DNA of 64,000 bases, taken from a virus. Taxonomy: Duplodnaviria > Caudoviricetes. Below, one piece after another: positions 47,386-57,949 of this stretch. Each line of letters begins with the position of its first letter. Positions within the stretch are counted from its first letter, which is position 1. Under the pieces are notes generated by a model. It saw only the letters and a list, made by a program, of their open reading frames with translations. It did no database searches and was not told the DNA's origin. The stretch lies in IMG/VR virus record IMGVR_UViG_3300046318_000439, positions 96,001 through 160,000 of that record; one strand, 5' to 3'. The position numbers and the translations under genes are program-made.

Positions 47386-47594
47386 TTTATTTCCTTTTCA
47401 AATTGGGTAGTGCCTAATATCCTTGTTAGTTTGACTAAGAAAACGCTCTCTTGCCAAACAAGTAATCTTATAATCACATAGGCAGCCATTGAGGCTACCG
47501 TAGAAAAGATCATTGATATAGTTGCTGCTGCTAATAATAAAATAGCAGCAACAATAACAACAATCATAGTAAAGGGGAGAAATACAATTTTCAT
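47382..47594 (-). CDS. Small membrane protein
   Basis: Long hydrophobic stretch. Confidence 0.5.
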   Translation of the reverse strand: MKIVFLPFTMIVVIVAAILLLAAATISMIFSTVASMAAYVIIRLLVWQESVFLVKLTRILGTTQFEKEIK

Positions 47595-47603
47595 AGTGTA
47601 GTT

Positions 47604-48692
47604 TTATTTCATATTAACGATAGAGTCTTTCTTAATCTCTACTATACCATCTTTCTTTTTCTGAATCAACCCTCTTGCACGTTTATACCATTGAGGGGAC
47701 CATGATTCTTTTTCTTTAGGAAAGGAGGTATCGGATGGCATGTGGTTCAGTTCCTCTTCTTCTGTTTCGAAAGGAGTATCTTTAGCATCACATCTTGGGT
47801 TAGGACAGAAGTGTCCTATTCCATCAGCATACACAACCGCTGTGTTGCATTTTACACAATTGCCATAATCTCGACTTCCCTTAGCGTGTAGGAAATCAAA
47901 CCAATCATCAACAATGCCGTCACCGTCTTGATCTTTGTTCGGTTGTACTGGTTCAATAATTTCCTTTTTGGATTGGGCGATGGAGTGATTAGCTGCCAAC
48001 AATAACATAATCGCAAGAGGATCAAACACAAACACTAAAATTAAAATAACAGCTCTTACAGCTTTTCCAATAACTCCCTCAGTTGAATCTCCGTAGACCA
48101 AGTCGGCAATGTATTTGATTGGTCCAACTTCTGCTTCAATTTTGAGGTTTTCTTTTCTGAGAGGAAGAGCTTTTGTATTGAGATCCTTAATAGCATTAGA
48201 CGCAGAAGCAATCTCAGTACCCAACGCTTTACGTTCCCTTGCCTGGCCACCACGTAGCTTGACAGCGGATTCTGTATCAGACTGATCAACCAATCGATCG
48301 AGAGCAGTAAGAGATTTCTGAGCATTTTCTAGCCTTCTTTGTTCTGATTGTATTTGTTGATCTAATAATTTTAACTCAATGCTCGTGTCACCACTCACAA
48401 GTGTTTGGTCGAGGTGAGCCTTAGACAAAAAGCCAAAAATCCCCATGCTAGTAATAAACATGAGGACTACAACAGCTAGAGTTAAATAATATTTAATGAA
48501 TCTTGGGGAATTGTTCCAATTCCTATACAACCATGATGCTGCCACTACCTTACCAGCTTCAAGCGTTGATGCCATAATAATAACTGGTATCATGGCTGCT
48601 GAGAAAATAACTGCAAGACCAACAATACTATAATACGCTGCCACAAAAGACAACATCAACGCTACCGCTAATGCAAGGTAATTAACTATCAT
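47604..48692 (-). CDS. Multi-pass membrane protein with coiled coil
   Basis: AAYYSIVGL, LEAGKVVAASWL, GFLSKAH, EVGPIKYIA and VFDPLAI. Confidence 0.7.
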   Translation of the reverse strand: MIVNYLALAVALMLSFVAAYYSIVGLAVIFSAAMIPVIIMASTLEAGKVVAASWLYRNWNNSPRFIKYYLTLAVVVLMFITSMGIFGFLSKAHLDQTLVSGDTSIELKLLDQQIQSEQRRLENAQKSLTALDRLVDQSDTESAVKLRGGQARERKALGTEIASASNAIKDLNTKALPLRKENLKIEAEVGPIKYIADLVYGDSTEGVIGKAVRAVILILVFVFDPLAIMLLLAANHSIAQSKKEIIEPVQPNKDQDGDGIVDDWFDFLHAKGSRDYGNCVKCNTAVVYADGIGHFCPNPRCDAKDTPFETEEEELNHMPSDTSFPKEKESWSPQWYKRARGLIQKKKDGIVEIKKDSIVNMK

Positions 48693-48975
48693 CGTTTACT
48701 ACGTCCTGTACTTTTTTAATGAATGCATCCATCTTCTCTTTACGATCAGGCCAATAGATGTAGTCTTTACCTTCATCCTTCGCTAGATTCTTTAGAAGTG
48801 GCATAATCATATTATAGAGCGTGCCTAACTTTTCTTGATAGGATTGATACACTCGTTTAATCTGCTGTTCCTGATTGGCAACAGTAGCTTCCAACTCTCG
48901 CTCAATGCTTTTCAACTCTTCTTCACTAACAGCTGAAAACCCAAAGTCAAAATCGCCAAGATCCTTGATTGTCAT
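48682..48975 (-). CDS. Conserved hypothetical protein
   Basis: FDFGFSAVSEEEL...KDYIYWPDR. Confidence 0.65.
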   Translation of the reverse strand: MTIKDLGDFDFGFSAVSEEELKSIERELEATVANQEQQIKRVYQSYQEKLGTLYNMIMPLLKNLAKDEGKDYIYWPDRKEKMDAFIKKVQDVVNDDS

Positions 48976-48976
48976 A

Positions 48977-49537
48977 TTATAAACCTTCGTAGATTGCTGA
49001 ATTGCCAGCATGCTCAAACACTTCAGCACTCTTTAGCTTAACACCTGATCCTACATTATAACGTGCTTGGAAGACGCGACCATCTGGATGTGTCCATCCC
49101 TTACCTTCTTGATACGCTGTTAATATTTCATTCATTGCTGTATAAGCTAGCTTTGAAAACAATTCACAACCAACACCATCCACTACGCGTAGATCACATA
49201 ATGCGCCACGCTCATTAGGTATCTTACTTAAATGATTTTCACTCTCTACATCAACAATTTCATTCATGTGTTCAAAAAAGTCTAGCATAGGATCATCCTT
49301 AGCTACAACCAACGTATGATCAAACATATAGTCAGCCCATTCCTTAAATGCCTTCAGTCCTCCAAAGTCCATAACCCAGTTACGGTCATCTAAAGTTTCT
49401 GATTCGAAAATAAGTTTAATGCCAATTGAGTATCCGTGTAGCAAACTACAGTGACTATGTCTGCTACGCCATTGGCGGAAGCAGCATGATAATCCACGAT
49501 CGGTACCATATGTTTTTGTTGAAAGATATTTTGCCAT
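48977..49537 (-). CDS. queD: 6-carboxytetrahydropterin synthase
   Basis: HCSLLHGY, WVMDFGGLK, FDHT and GCELF...EH. Confidence 0.88.
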   Translation of the reverse strand: MAKYLSTKTYGTDRGLSCCFRQWRSRHSHCSLLHGYSIGIKLIFESETLDDRNWVMDFGGLKAFKEWADYMFDHTLVVAKDDPMLDFFEHMNEIVDVESENHLSKIPNERGALCDLRVVDGVGCELFSKLAYTAMNEILTAYQEGKGWTHPDGRVFQARYNVGSGVKLKSAEVFEHAGNSAIYEGL

Positions 49538-49610
49538 TTGTTTCTCCTATGTTGTACTATATCATAGGCTTGCAGAATTTATAAAGCGGGATGAATGCCA
49601 CGAGGCCGCT

Positions 49611-52133
49611 TTAGAAGAACGCATCTAACGTGACACGTTTTTCTGTGTGCCATCCAAGCACATCCAATATTGTTTGGAGTGGATCGATGAATGACTTTGT
49701 GAATTGAGTATCATAATCAATATACTCAATTAAGTCAAGCTCTTTGGGTAGTGAGCCTGATGTTGCAATGATGTTACTCATAGCGGGGTTAGGTAACTTG
49801 AGATGACAAAATTTAATCTTCTCACCTTCACCTATAGCTTCATATTTAGTAGTCAGCCCATGCTGCTTTAGCATGTTGTTGTAAATCAAAGCACCACGAA
49901 CATGGATTGGTGTAGACTTGCGGAATATAGTAACTGGGTCATAGTATTCCGTCAAGCCACGTACTGTACGTGGGAAAGCAATATCTTGAAATGGTAATGC
50001 TTTGAACTCTTCTCTGAAGTTGGCAATAAAATCTACTAAGTCTTCTTCTGTAGAAGTCATAATCAACTTGAGGGCCTTCTTAATGTTGTCTCTGCAAGCC
50101 GAAGGTGTTGAAGAACGAACAGCTTCAATACCAGACAACTTTAACTTTGGTTCTGAGTACTGCACACCTTCGTTGTTGTAAACGTTGAGGATGTATCGTT
50201 TCTTAGCAGTCCAAATACCCTTATCAGCAATTGCTTCACGCTTCATTTTCATCTTCTGATCATAAGCGTTCACGTATGTTGCTAATTCTTCATACGACTT
50301 ATCAATAAACGGTTCAAATACTTTCTCACAAACAGTATCCAAATACTTAACAGTTTGTTCAGTAGTCTTACCTTCACAAGTCTGCTTTACGAACTCGCCT
50401 AGATCAAGGTACATGGAGTCTGTATCGCAAGCAATAACATAGTCAACGTCAGTCGTCTTCAATACTTTATTCAAGTATGCGTTCATCTTACGTTCCATCC
50501 AGCGGATAGAAAGCTGACCAGACTTAGTAATAGATTCTGCTAGGTCTCTATCGAACCAGCGGAAGTAGATGTTTGACAAAGCGCCATAAGCGGAGTTGAG
50601 TTGGATCTTTTTAGCAAGTTGCATGTTGTGGCATCTTGCGATCTCTTTCTCATTTTCGTATGACTTGTCTGTTTCGTAGCGTTGCTTAGCAGCCAACATT
50701 TGCTTTTTAAACTTAACACGGTCATTATACATCTTCTCCATAAGAGTTGGTAGGAAACCTTGAAAGTCACGATCAAACACACAACCAGAGGCAGCGATTG
50801 TTTGATTACGTGCTACTAAATCATTCTGAATCATATGGTTGGGTGCTGTAAGAATACCATCCAACATACCTTCAATACTAATACCTTCGATCTGGCCAGC
50901 ATATGTTTCTGGTGAGATGTTGTATTGCATAATCAAGTGTGGGTACAAACTATTCAAGTCAAACGACACAACCCAGTTATGCATACCAACTTGCGGATCC
51001 TTCACATAAGCTCCAACGATTTGAGAATCCTTAGAACCTTTATCTGTCATAGGTACAACAATACCTTTATTGAGAAGGTAGTTGTGGATAATGATATCCC
51101 ACATACGCACAGACGTAAAAGCATCACTATAGTTAACGTGGCCGTCATATGCAATCGCATAGATCTGCTCTAAGAACTTTAACTTGTCTTCTAACTTATC
51201 AACAAGTTCGACGTCTCGGATGTTATAATTAATGTAGTTGCGGAAGTCGCCTTTGTAGAACTCATCTAACGTCTCAAAGCCAAGTTCTGTATAATCTAAC
51301 TTACGCTCGCCCAATTCGATAAAGGCGATATGATCTAGTTTGAATGACTCTTGTTGAGCGAAAGAAAACTTCTTATATGCTTGCATGTAGTCAATAATAT
51401 TAACACCGACTGGAGTAAAAATTGTATACTCTCTACCCATAATCTCAATCGTGCGTTGATCAAGAAGACTCCATGGCGACAAACGCTTCGCAGATGCATC
51501 GCCCATGGTTCTTCTAATGCGATTAACGAGATATGGAATATCGAAGAACTCAATATTCCAACCAGTGATTACATCTGCGTCGAGTGCTTTCCAGGCTTGC
51601 AAGAACTTATCAAGTAAGTCATGTTCATCCTTACATAGCAAGTAGTTAACATCTTCGCTCTCTGGTGTATATTCTTTAAGACCAAACACATATGACTTAC
51701 CTCTCTTGCGCAGAGTGATAGCAGTAACCATTCTATCTGCTTGTGCAATGTCTGGGAAACCACCTTCAGAGTCAACCTCGATATCCAGAGATACTAAACT
51801 AATTAACTTAGGGTCGTAGTCGATGTCGCCTGGATAATTATCATTGATGTAGGTATAGACAAAACTATCCATACCATACAGTGGCTTACCAGGAATACCC
51901 TTAAACTGTTTAACATGCTCGCGCGCTTCATACACGCTGTCAAACACTTGCTTATAGACAGGTTCACCCTTTAATGTTCTAAAGGGTGTTTCGACTCCAC
52001 GTTCACGATACACGCGATTAGGTTCAAAGATGTATGGTTGGTAACGTACTTCTCGCTGAAACCGTTTACCGTTTTCATACCCTCTTACAAGAATGTTTGC
52101 TTTGTGGAGATGTACATTAGTATAGAAATTCAA
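49611..52133 (-). CDS. gp43: Family B DNA polymerase
   Basis: DIE exonuclease, FDLNSLYP, KIQLNSAYG, CDTDS and KKRY motifs. Confidence 0.97.
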   Translation of the reverse strand: MNFYTNVHLHKANILVRGYENGKRFQREVRYQPYIFEPNRVYRERGVETPFRTLKGEPVYKQVFDSVYEAREHVKQFKGIPGKPLYGMDSFVYTYINDNYPGDIDYDPKLISLVSLDIEVDSEGGFPDIAQADRMVTAITLRKRGKSYVFGLKEYTPESEDVNYLLCKDEHDLLDKFLQAWKALDADVITGWNIEFFDIPYLVNRIRRTMGDASAKRLSPWSLLDQRTIEIMGREYTIFTPVGVNIIDYMQAYKKFSFAQQESFKLDHIAFIELGERKLDYTELGFETLDEFYKGDFRNYINYNIRDVELVDKLEDKLKFLEQIYAIAYDGHVNYSDAFTSVRMWDIIIHNYLLNKGIVVPMTDKGSKDSQIVGAYVKDPQVGMHNWVVSFDLNSLYPHLIMQYNISPETYAGQIEGISIEGMLDGILTAPNHMIQNDLVARNQTIAASGCVFDRDFQGFLPTLMEKMYNDRVKFKKQMLAAKQRYETDKSYENEKEIARCHNMQLAKKIQLNSAYGALSNIYFRWFDRDLAESITKSGQLSIRWMERKMNAYLNKVLKTTDVDYVIACDTDSMYLDLGEFVKQTCEGKTTEQTVKYLDTVCEKVFEPFIDKSYEELATYVNAYDQKMKMKREAIADKGIWTAKKRYILNVYNNEGVQYSEPKLKLSGIEAVRSSTPSACRDNIKKALKLIMTSTEEDLVDFIANFREEFKALPFQDIAFPRTVRGLTEYYDPVTIFRKSTPIHVRGALIYNNMLKQHGLTTKYEAIGEGEKIKFCHLKLPNPAMSNIIATSGSLPKELDLIEYIDYDTQFTKSFIDPLQTILDVLGWHTEKRVTLDAFF

Positions 52134-52959
52134 TTATTTTAATCCGCAGTTTAGATCGTAGCAAGTATGGTTGCCGAGTTGTTCCGACGTTAGACCGCAT
52201 ACTTTACATCTTTCATTCGGAAAAGACAACTCTGCTCCACCAATTGTACCAGGCATTGGCATCGTGTATGTGTATTCCTCACTGATGCAAACATCTTGGG
52301 GCATTGGTTCTTCTTTACAATCCTCATCAGAACAAAAATCCAACTCACCTCTAAAGTGATATCCTGATCCGCGGAGGAATTGTTCGAACCCCTGAAGTAC
52401 TTCAGGGAGGTAGCTTGCATCAAACTCTAAAGTGTTAATCATATCCTCACCACCATCGCCGTTTATGCATGTGAATTTGAACTTACTCATCTTTTTAGAT
52501 CTTTCTCAAATGTAATGAATGCTTCTTGTTTGGCTTGATCGTCCCAAGTCTTACAGTAGTGATTATCTAAATCACAAAGTGCAATTGCTTCTTCCAATGT
52601 GATTGGTCGATGTGACACAATAGTTTCTCCAAGATGTTCTTGTGAGAATTCTTTTGCTTGATCAGATACTACAGTATCAAGAGCCCAATCTTCCTTCCCT
52701 TCAGGCACTTCTACAACATAGCGATGTCTGAACATCTGTACTGTCTCAACTAAAACAAATTTATTTCGGGCCATTACCAATCTCCATTATCTAACCAAAC
52801 TCTCACCGTAATACCTAGGAAGCCAAAGGCCCACATATAATCATGGACCATCGGCCACTCCTTATTCCGCTCACGTCTGAACCATGGTAGCACTTTCCAA
52901 TACAATGGATTTAAACTCAGTATAATCGATGCTCCAGAATAACGAATCCATTTTATCAT
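52134..52959 (-). other. Three small hypothetical ORFs (52134-52490, 52487-52780, 52774-52959)
   Basis: Overlapping start/stop codons. Confidence 0.55.
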
Positions 52960-53876
52960 ACTTGTACCACCTGTGGTAAGAAACGATCTGCGATACTCTC
53001 ATGTCCACTATATCCTCGTGGATTACATACTACACGAGTTGTACCAACCATATAATCAAATCGGTCGTGTGTATGGCCGTGAGTCCATAATTTAATTTGA
53101 GGGTGGTCTAAGATCAAATCGCTCAAGTCGCTATGATAACCACCATTCATTACTTTATCATCAGCATACCGAGGATGGCAACTAGCATATGTTGGTGTGT
53201 GGTGAGTACATACAACTACCTTTTCTTTACCAGCAACAGTATCTTTGAGGAATGAAATAAACTTCTTATGTTCTTCTACTGCATCTTCTGGTGAGAATGT
53301 GCTAGGCTCTTCTTTAACCTTTTCACTTTCTTTGATGTAGTATCCATTGGAATCTAGAAGATACTGACCAGAGCCATCTGGATTCTTAGCATACAGAGGA
53401 ACACGTCGTTGCAACATTTTATTACTATTCTTCACACCGCTAAAATCATTCATACGACGACGGATGAAAAATAATGTATCTGGATCTTCTTTATTCATAT
53501 CAGTCCACATCGTTCCACCTACAAATGTCACTCCATCAAGCTCGATGGCTTCATTATCTAAAAAGTGAATGTTATCATACTTACATGTAGTAGCATGAAT
53601 TGTGATTGGTGTGTATTTGAAGTCGCCATGATAGTGTTCATGGTTGCCCATGATGTATATGACATGCTTATATGATTGACTGACTCTATTGAAAAACTCG
53701 AGAGCATCTCTTCGTCGACTGAAAGTGCGAACGGCACCTTCCTGCAGGTCTGCAGCTACGAGTATGTCTCCGCCTAAGATAAGAACATCAGCTTGTTCAA
53801 CATTTTTAAACAAAGCGTGCTCTGGATGGATTACATCAAATTCTAAATGCAGATCGCTGCATACTGCAATTTTCAT
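52956..53876 (-). CDS. Calcineurin-like metallophosphoesterase
   Basis: SDLH, GGD, GNHE, THH and HGHTH. Confidence 0.9.
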   Translation of the reverse strand: MKIAVCSDLHLEFDVIHPEHALFKNVEQADVLILGGDILVAADLQEGAVRTFSRRRDALEFFNRVSQSYKHVIYIMGNHEHYHGDFKYTPITIHATTCKYDNIHFLDNEAIELDGVTFVGGTMWTDMNKEDPDTLFFIRRRMNDFSGVKNSNKMLQRRVPLYAKNPDGSGQYLLDSNGYYIKESEKVKEEPSTFSPEDAVEEHKKFISFLKDTVAGKEKVVVCTHHTPTYASCHPRYADDKVMNGGYHSDLSDLILDHPQIKLWTHGHTHDRFDYMVGTTRVVCNPRGYSGHESIADRFLPQVVQV

Positions 53877-53895
53877 AACAAACGTCCTAAATGTA

Positions 53896-54343
53896 TTAGG
53901 CTTCTAGTACAAAGTCTTCTGCTATATCTTCTGCCTGCTGTGATGTATCAACATACACGTGGTTAATTTCTTTAGTATCCTTATTACAATAAACCACATA
54001 CGTGTGCTCATCCATCAGATATACTTTAGCTAAACGACCATTGTTATCGCCATAATGAGTAGATAAATGCTTCATATCAATTATACTCGCTTTTGAATTC
54101 ATTGTCAACGTCTGTAATGAATTGATTTATAAGAGATTTTGCTTGGATAATTTCGTTGTATGGAACCCCAGCATACGCCAGTGTAAGGTCTGCTGTGTCC
54201 ATTTTAATTAATTCCTCGTAGGTCCAATCTTTACATAAGTCCAAGCTATACCAAAGACTCAGTACCTGTTCTTCTTTTGAGGGACCAGAATTGTCGCTCC
54301 AAAAAGAATACCACGGAGAAGAGGACCAACGAGAATAAGACAT
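53896..54343 (-). other. Two small hypothetical ORFs (53896-54108, 54077-54343)
   Basis: ORF track. Confidence 0.5.
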
Positions 54344-54636
54344 TAGATTGCCTTAGCGATTTGAATACCAGAACCAAACATACGATTGTAATTGTTTAAC
54401 ATATCAACACCTGGTTCGAATTGAACCATTACAAAAGATTTATTGAATGGAAATGCTTTATCATCAGCATATGGAAGAAAAGGCATTAATCCTAATCCTA
54501 CTTGACCTTGTTGGCCACCTGGCATCATTACAATAGATGCTACATCTTTCAAATCAATCGTGGTGCTTGTTTCATTTTGAAACTTACCAACAACCTCTTC
54601 CCCAGACGTTAATTTTAAACATACAATTTTTTCCAT
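54343..54636 (-). CDS. Conserved T4-like Sm-fold-like protein
   Basis: LKLTSGEEVV...GLMPFLPY. Confidence 0.6.
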   Translation of the reverse strand: MEKIVCLKLTSGEEVVGKFQNETSTTIDLKDVASIVMMPGGQQGQVGLGLMPFLPYADDKAFPFNKSFVMVQFEPGVDMLNNYNRMFGSGIQIAKAI

Positions 54637-54920
54637 AACAATTCCTTAATATTAAGACCACTCATTTAATTTATATCTACGCTTTGCCTGCATAGCACGA
54701 GTTTCCACTATTACATCAAATAAGACAACGAAAAAATTGCATATGTGTTTCATATGAACCCTCTGCGAGTTAAAATATTCATACGATATTCTAGATCCCA
54801 GCGGTCAGTTGCTTCATTGAGAAAAGCTTCAATCTCTTTTATATAGTGAGGGGCAAATGTTCGCTTTACCCAATTTTGAAATTTTGTTTCCATGTGCGTG
54901 TTTATACCCATATAAGATTT

Positions 54921-54953
54921 AAAGAAAAAGAAAGCCGAGAGTTTCCTCTCGGC
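54921..54953 (-). terminator. Rho-independent terminator after hsp20
   Basis: GCCGAGAG-GAAA-CTCTCGGC followed by TTTCTTTTT. Confidence 0.8.
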
Positions 54954-54963
54954 CTTTATTACA

Positions 54964-55425
54964 TCAGTCTACTAAAAGTTCTTTTTTAGCTTTCGACTTG
55001 ACAGGGATCTTCTTTGGTTGTTTATGTTCCGGAACCAAACGTTCCAAAGCAATTTTTAACATACCATTAAACATCTCTGCATCTTTCACTTCGATCTCAT
55101 CATTTAGTGCGAATGTGCGAGTAAAAGCTCTATTCGCGATGCCTTTGAAGAGGAAGTTGTCTTCTTCTCCATCAGTAGCAATATTGCCACGTACAACTAA
55201 CTTTCCGTCATTCATTTCAATGTCAATGTCTTGCTGACCAAAACCTGCAACAGCAATTTCAATAGTATAATGATTCTCTCCTACCTTCTTAATATTGTAA
55301 GGAGGGTAGTTAGGAATGTTCTTAGTTAAGTCATCATGTAGTTTTGCAATCTGATTAAATTGCTCATCAAACCCAATGAAAAAACGGTCGAAGTCTTTGA
55401 ACTGTGGAAATGTAATGTTAGTCAT
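54964..55425 (-). CDS. hsp20: Small heat-shock protein (IbpA-like)
   Basis: NYPPYNI, AVAGF, KGIANRAF and NGML motifs. Confidence 0.95.
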   Translation of the reverse strand: MTNITFPQFKDFDRFFIGFDEQFNQIAKLHDDLTKNIPNYPPYNIKKVGENHYTIEIAVAGFGQQDIDIEMNDGKLVVRGNIATDGEEDNFLFKGIANRAFTRTFALNDEIEVKDAEMFNGMLKIALERLVPEHKQPKKIPVKSKAKKELLVD

Positions 55426-55438
55426 ATCGCCTCCAGAT

Positions 55439-55678
55439 TTATTTTGCAAAAGCGAAAGCTTTGCTGGCATCAAACTTAACTAATTCTTGTGTAGACAAGT
55501 TAGCTACTTCAGCTGCAGTTTTAACAACTTGCTTACTGAATTTTGTTTGTGCATCAATAAATGAATTGAGGGATTTTGCGATATCTGCGTTCTTTACGAA
55601 AGTCTGAACGAAAGATGTTTTTGCACCTTGAACGGTGTCGATGAATTGGCTAGCTTGAGCCGTGAATTGTTCACTCAT
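55439..55678 (-). CDS. Small helical hypothetical protein
   Basis: SD AAGGAG; FIDTVQGAKTSFV...FIDAQT. Confidence 0.65.
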   Translation of the reverse strand: MSEQFTAQASQFIDTVQGAKTSFVQTFVKNADIAKSLNSFIDAQTKFSKQVVKTAAEVANLSTQELVKFDASKAFAFAK

Positions 55679-55817
55679 TTGTATCTCCTTGAATTAAGCG
55701 AGTTTAAAATAAAAACACTACCCCGAAGGCATAGTGGGTTCCAGCTTACCGACTACTGGGGTACCATATCGTTGTACCGGTATAATATATATAACGTCCC
55801 ATCCCTGGGTATTAACC

Positions 55818-55846
55818 ATTATAGTAAAATTTTTGTAAAAAATCAA
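55818..55846 (-). promoter_or_regulatory. Sigma70-type promoter
   Basis: TTGATT-17-TATAAT. Confidence 0.65.
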
Positions 55847-57337
55847 CTATACTGATAATTTTTTGTGTTTGTAATGCTCTACAAATTTGATGAAGTTGTT
55901 CTCATATGGTTTTCTCGTGTAGTCGGTGAGGAATAACTTTTTATCGAGTGTAACTTGATCCCCATTATCTTCACACATGATTGATGATAGAGCAAGAGCA
56001 TCGATCACTCGCATGTTGAATTTTCCAACTTTATATAAATCATATAGTGATTTTGTCCACACATCAGCTTCATAAATTGTCATGTGTTCATTTTCCCATT
56101 GAAGATAATGTCCTACTGTATCTTCTTCTGGTGATATGATCCGATGGTTGCCACTTCCATCTTGCTGTTGTTCTCGTACTTGCATGTATCCATGTTCTGC
56201 GTAGTTTTTTGACAAGTAAGAATTCTTGTCATTTTCTTCTGCTACGATTTCTAATACTTCACTGTGGGCATAAAGCGGATGCCATTCATCTCGTACCCAT
56301 TCATAGGTAGAGTTAAGACTCTCCATCGTTTCGTGTGGGAGTCCAGCAATGAGGTTGATAGTTGGTCTATACCGATGACCAACACGTTCAGTGAAAAAGT
56401 CACGTACTTCAATTAGGCCTGCCTTAACGCGAGCAGGACCCATACCTTTTCCAATAAATTTTGCTGATCGAGCATTGAAGCTTTCTATGCCATAGAATTG
56501 CCCAAGCATACCCATGCGCAACAACTCTTCACGATCCAATTTACGAGATATTAATAGATCGGCCCGAATAAATCCTGTAAACCATGGTTTAAAAGATAAC
56601 GTATCCACGACGTCAGCAAACTTTGTAATCTTTTCAGTTGTGTCATTGAATGTATTGTCTGTGATTACATAGTTCGATATACCAAACCTGTCATGCGCAT
56701 CCATCAATTGCTCATATGCACTTTCCGAACTACGTGTAGCATCGAAGTTGGCATTCCTAATAGGGAAATTACAAAACGCACAATCGAACTTACAACCCCT
56801 TGCAAACTCTATCGATCCCCACTCGCCAGGAATTATAAAATCTCTATTCTCATACTTGATCATAGGATTCTTCCATGGAGCTGCGGGATAGTCGTGCATT
56901 GTTTCTATTACACAAGTACCTTTTACGACCTTAGTCTTTGGAGCTACACCGTTACTAAACTTATATTTGAGAATTGCGTCAAGAGCATTTTCTCCATACC
57001 CAGCAACAAAGTAGTCAATATAATCAAGATGGAATGGTTCGAATTGGCCGCCCCCTATTAGAACGATATCTGGATATGTTTTTTTAATATACAAACAAAA
57101 TTGTTCTAAAAGAGTTTTCCTTGTTGTGAAACTGTAGATGAATGAGAAACCAATGAATTTAGTTTCAGATGTGATGCGCGAATGGAGGAGAGCAATCAAC
57201 TCATCGAATGTCCAGTATTCGAAAAAATCAATAACCTCTGCATCCCACCCCTGCTCGCGCATATAGGTTGCCATGCGATGAGAACCAGGACCTCTATAAC
57301 GACTTCCATCGTTAATTGATATCATTAAACAATGCAT
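55847..57337 (-). CDS. B12-binding-domain radical SAM enzyme
   Basis: ARGCKFDCAFC (CxxxCxxC); N-terminal GFSF...IGGG...GYGE region; DNTFN and GIES. Confidence 0.85.
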   Translation of the reverse strand: MHCLMISINDGSRYRGPGSHRMATYMREQGWDAEVIDFFEYWTFDELIALLHSRITSETKFIGFSFIYSFTTRKTLLEQFCLYIKKTYPDIVLIGGGQFEPFHLDYIDYFVAGYGENALDAILKYKFSNGVAPKTKVVKGTCVIETMHDYPAAPWKNPMIKYENRDFIIPGEWGSIEFARGCKFDCAFCNFPIRNANFDATRSSESAYEQLMDAHDRFGISNYVITDNTFNDTTEKITKFADVVDTLSFKPWFTGFIRADLLISRKLDREELLRMGMLGQFYGIESFNARSAKFIGKGMGPARVKAGLIEVRDFFTERVGHRYRPTINLIAGLPHETMESLNSTYEWVRDEWHPLYAHSEVLEIVAEENDKNSYLSKNYAEHGYMQVREQQQDGSGNHRIISPEEDTVGHYLQWENEHMTIYEADVWTKSLYDLYKVGKFNMRVIDALALSSIMCEDNGDQVTLDKKLFLTDYTRKPYENNFIKFVEHYKHKKLSV

Positions 57338-57338
57338 A

Positions 57339-57929
57339 TTAGGCAGTTTTGAACCCCACAGCTCCACCTTCTGCTTCAATACGCTTAATTACATCCTCAA
57401 ACAGTATAGGCGCAAAGTCTGGTAGTTGCTCTACGCTGACGTTATGATATCTAGTATCAATCTCATCACCATATAGAACCTCTCCTGTCTTTGCATCAAC
57501 ACCTCTTGGCTTCATAACTCTATTAGAATGTAAGTGGCCGTGAATGTTAACACCAAAGCGACCTAAGCTATCAGAGTGAATAGGAATATGGCTTAGGATC
57601 ATTCCGTTCAATATGTGGTAGGCACGAAGCTCCCGGAAGTATTGTCTGTATTCATCGTCTCGGAAGATATCATGATTACCGCGGATCAATACCTTATCAC
57701 CATTGAGACGAGCTAATGTAGGCAATGCTTTACGATTAATCACAACATCCCCTAAGTGATAAACCTTGTCTGTAGGCTTAACTCTCTCGTTCCATGCTTT
57801 GATCATATCCTCATCCATCTCGGCAGGATCGTCCCATGGACGAAGTTTCGTAACGCCATCGCTACGTGTGAAGCGGCAAACGCCAGTGTGACCAAAGTGC
57901 GTATCGCTTACTAGAAATACTGACGGCAT
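57339..57929 (-). CDS. Calcineurin-like phosphoesterase
   Basis: SDTHFGH, HLGD, GNHD, SHIP and HGHLH. Confidence 0.9.
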   Translation of the reverse strand: MPSVFLVSDTHFGHTGVCRFTRSDGVTKLRPWDDPAEMDEDMIKAWNERVKPTDKVYHLGDVVINRKALPTLARLNGDKVLIRGNHDIFRDDEYRQYFRELRAYHILNGMILSHIPIHSDSLGRFGVNIHGHLHSNRVMKPRGVDAKTGEVLYGDEIDTRYHNVSVEQLPDFAPILFEDVIKRIEAEGGAVGFKTA

Positions 57930-57949
57930 TTGCTACTCCTTTCAAAAAA

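Noticed and set aside
28049-52133. Introns or inteins in nrdA, gp61, gp41, uvsX or gp43
   Set aside because: Uninterrupted ORFs of ordinary length with continuous motifs
55439-55678. Phasin assignment
   Set aside because: Only a vague amphipathic resemblance, so it is left as hypothetical
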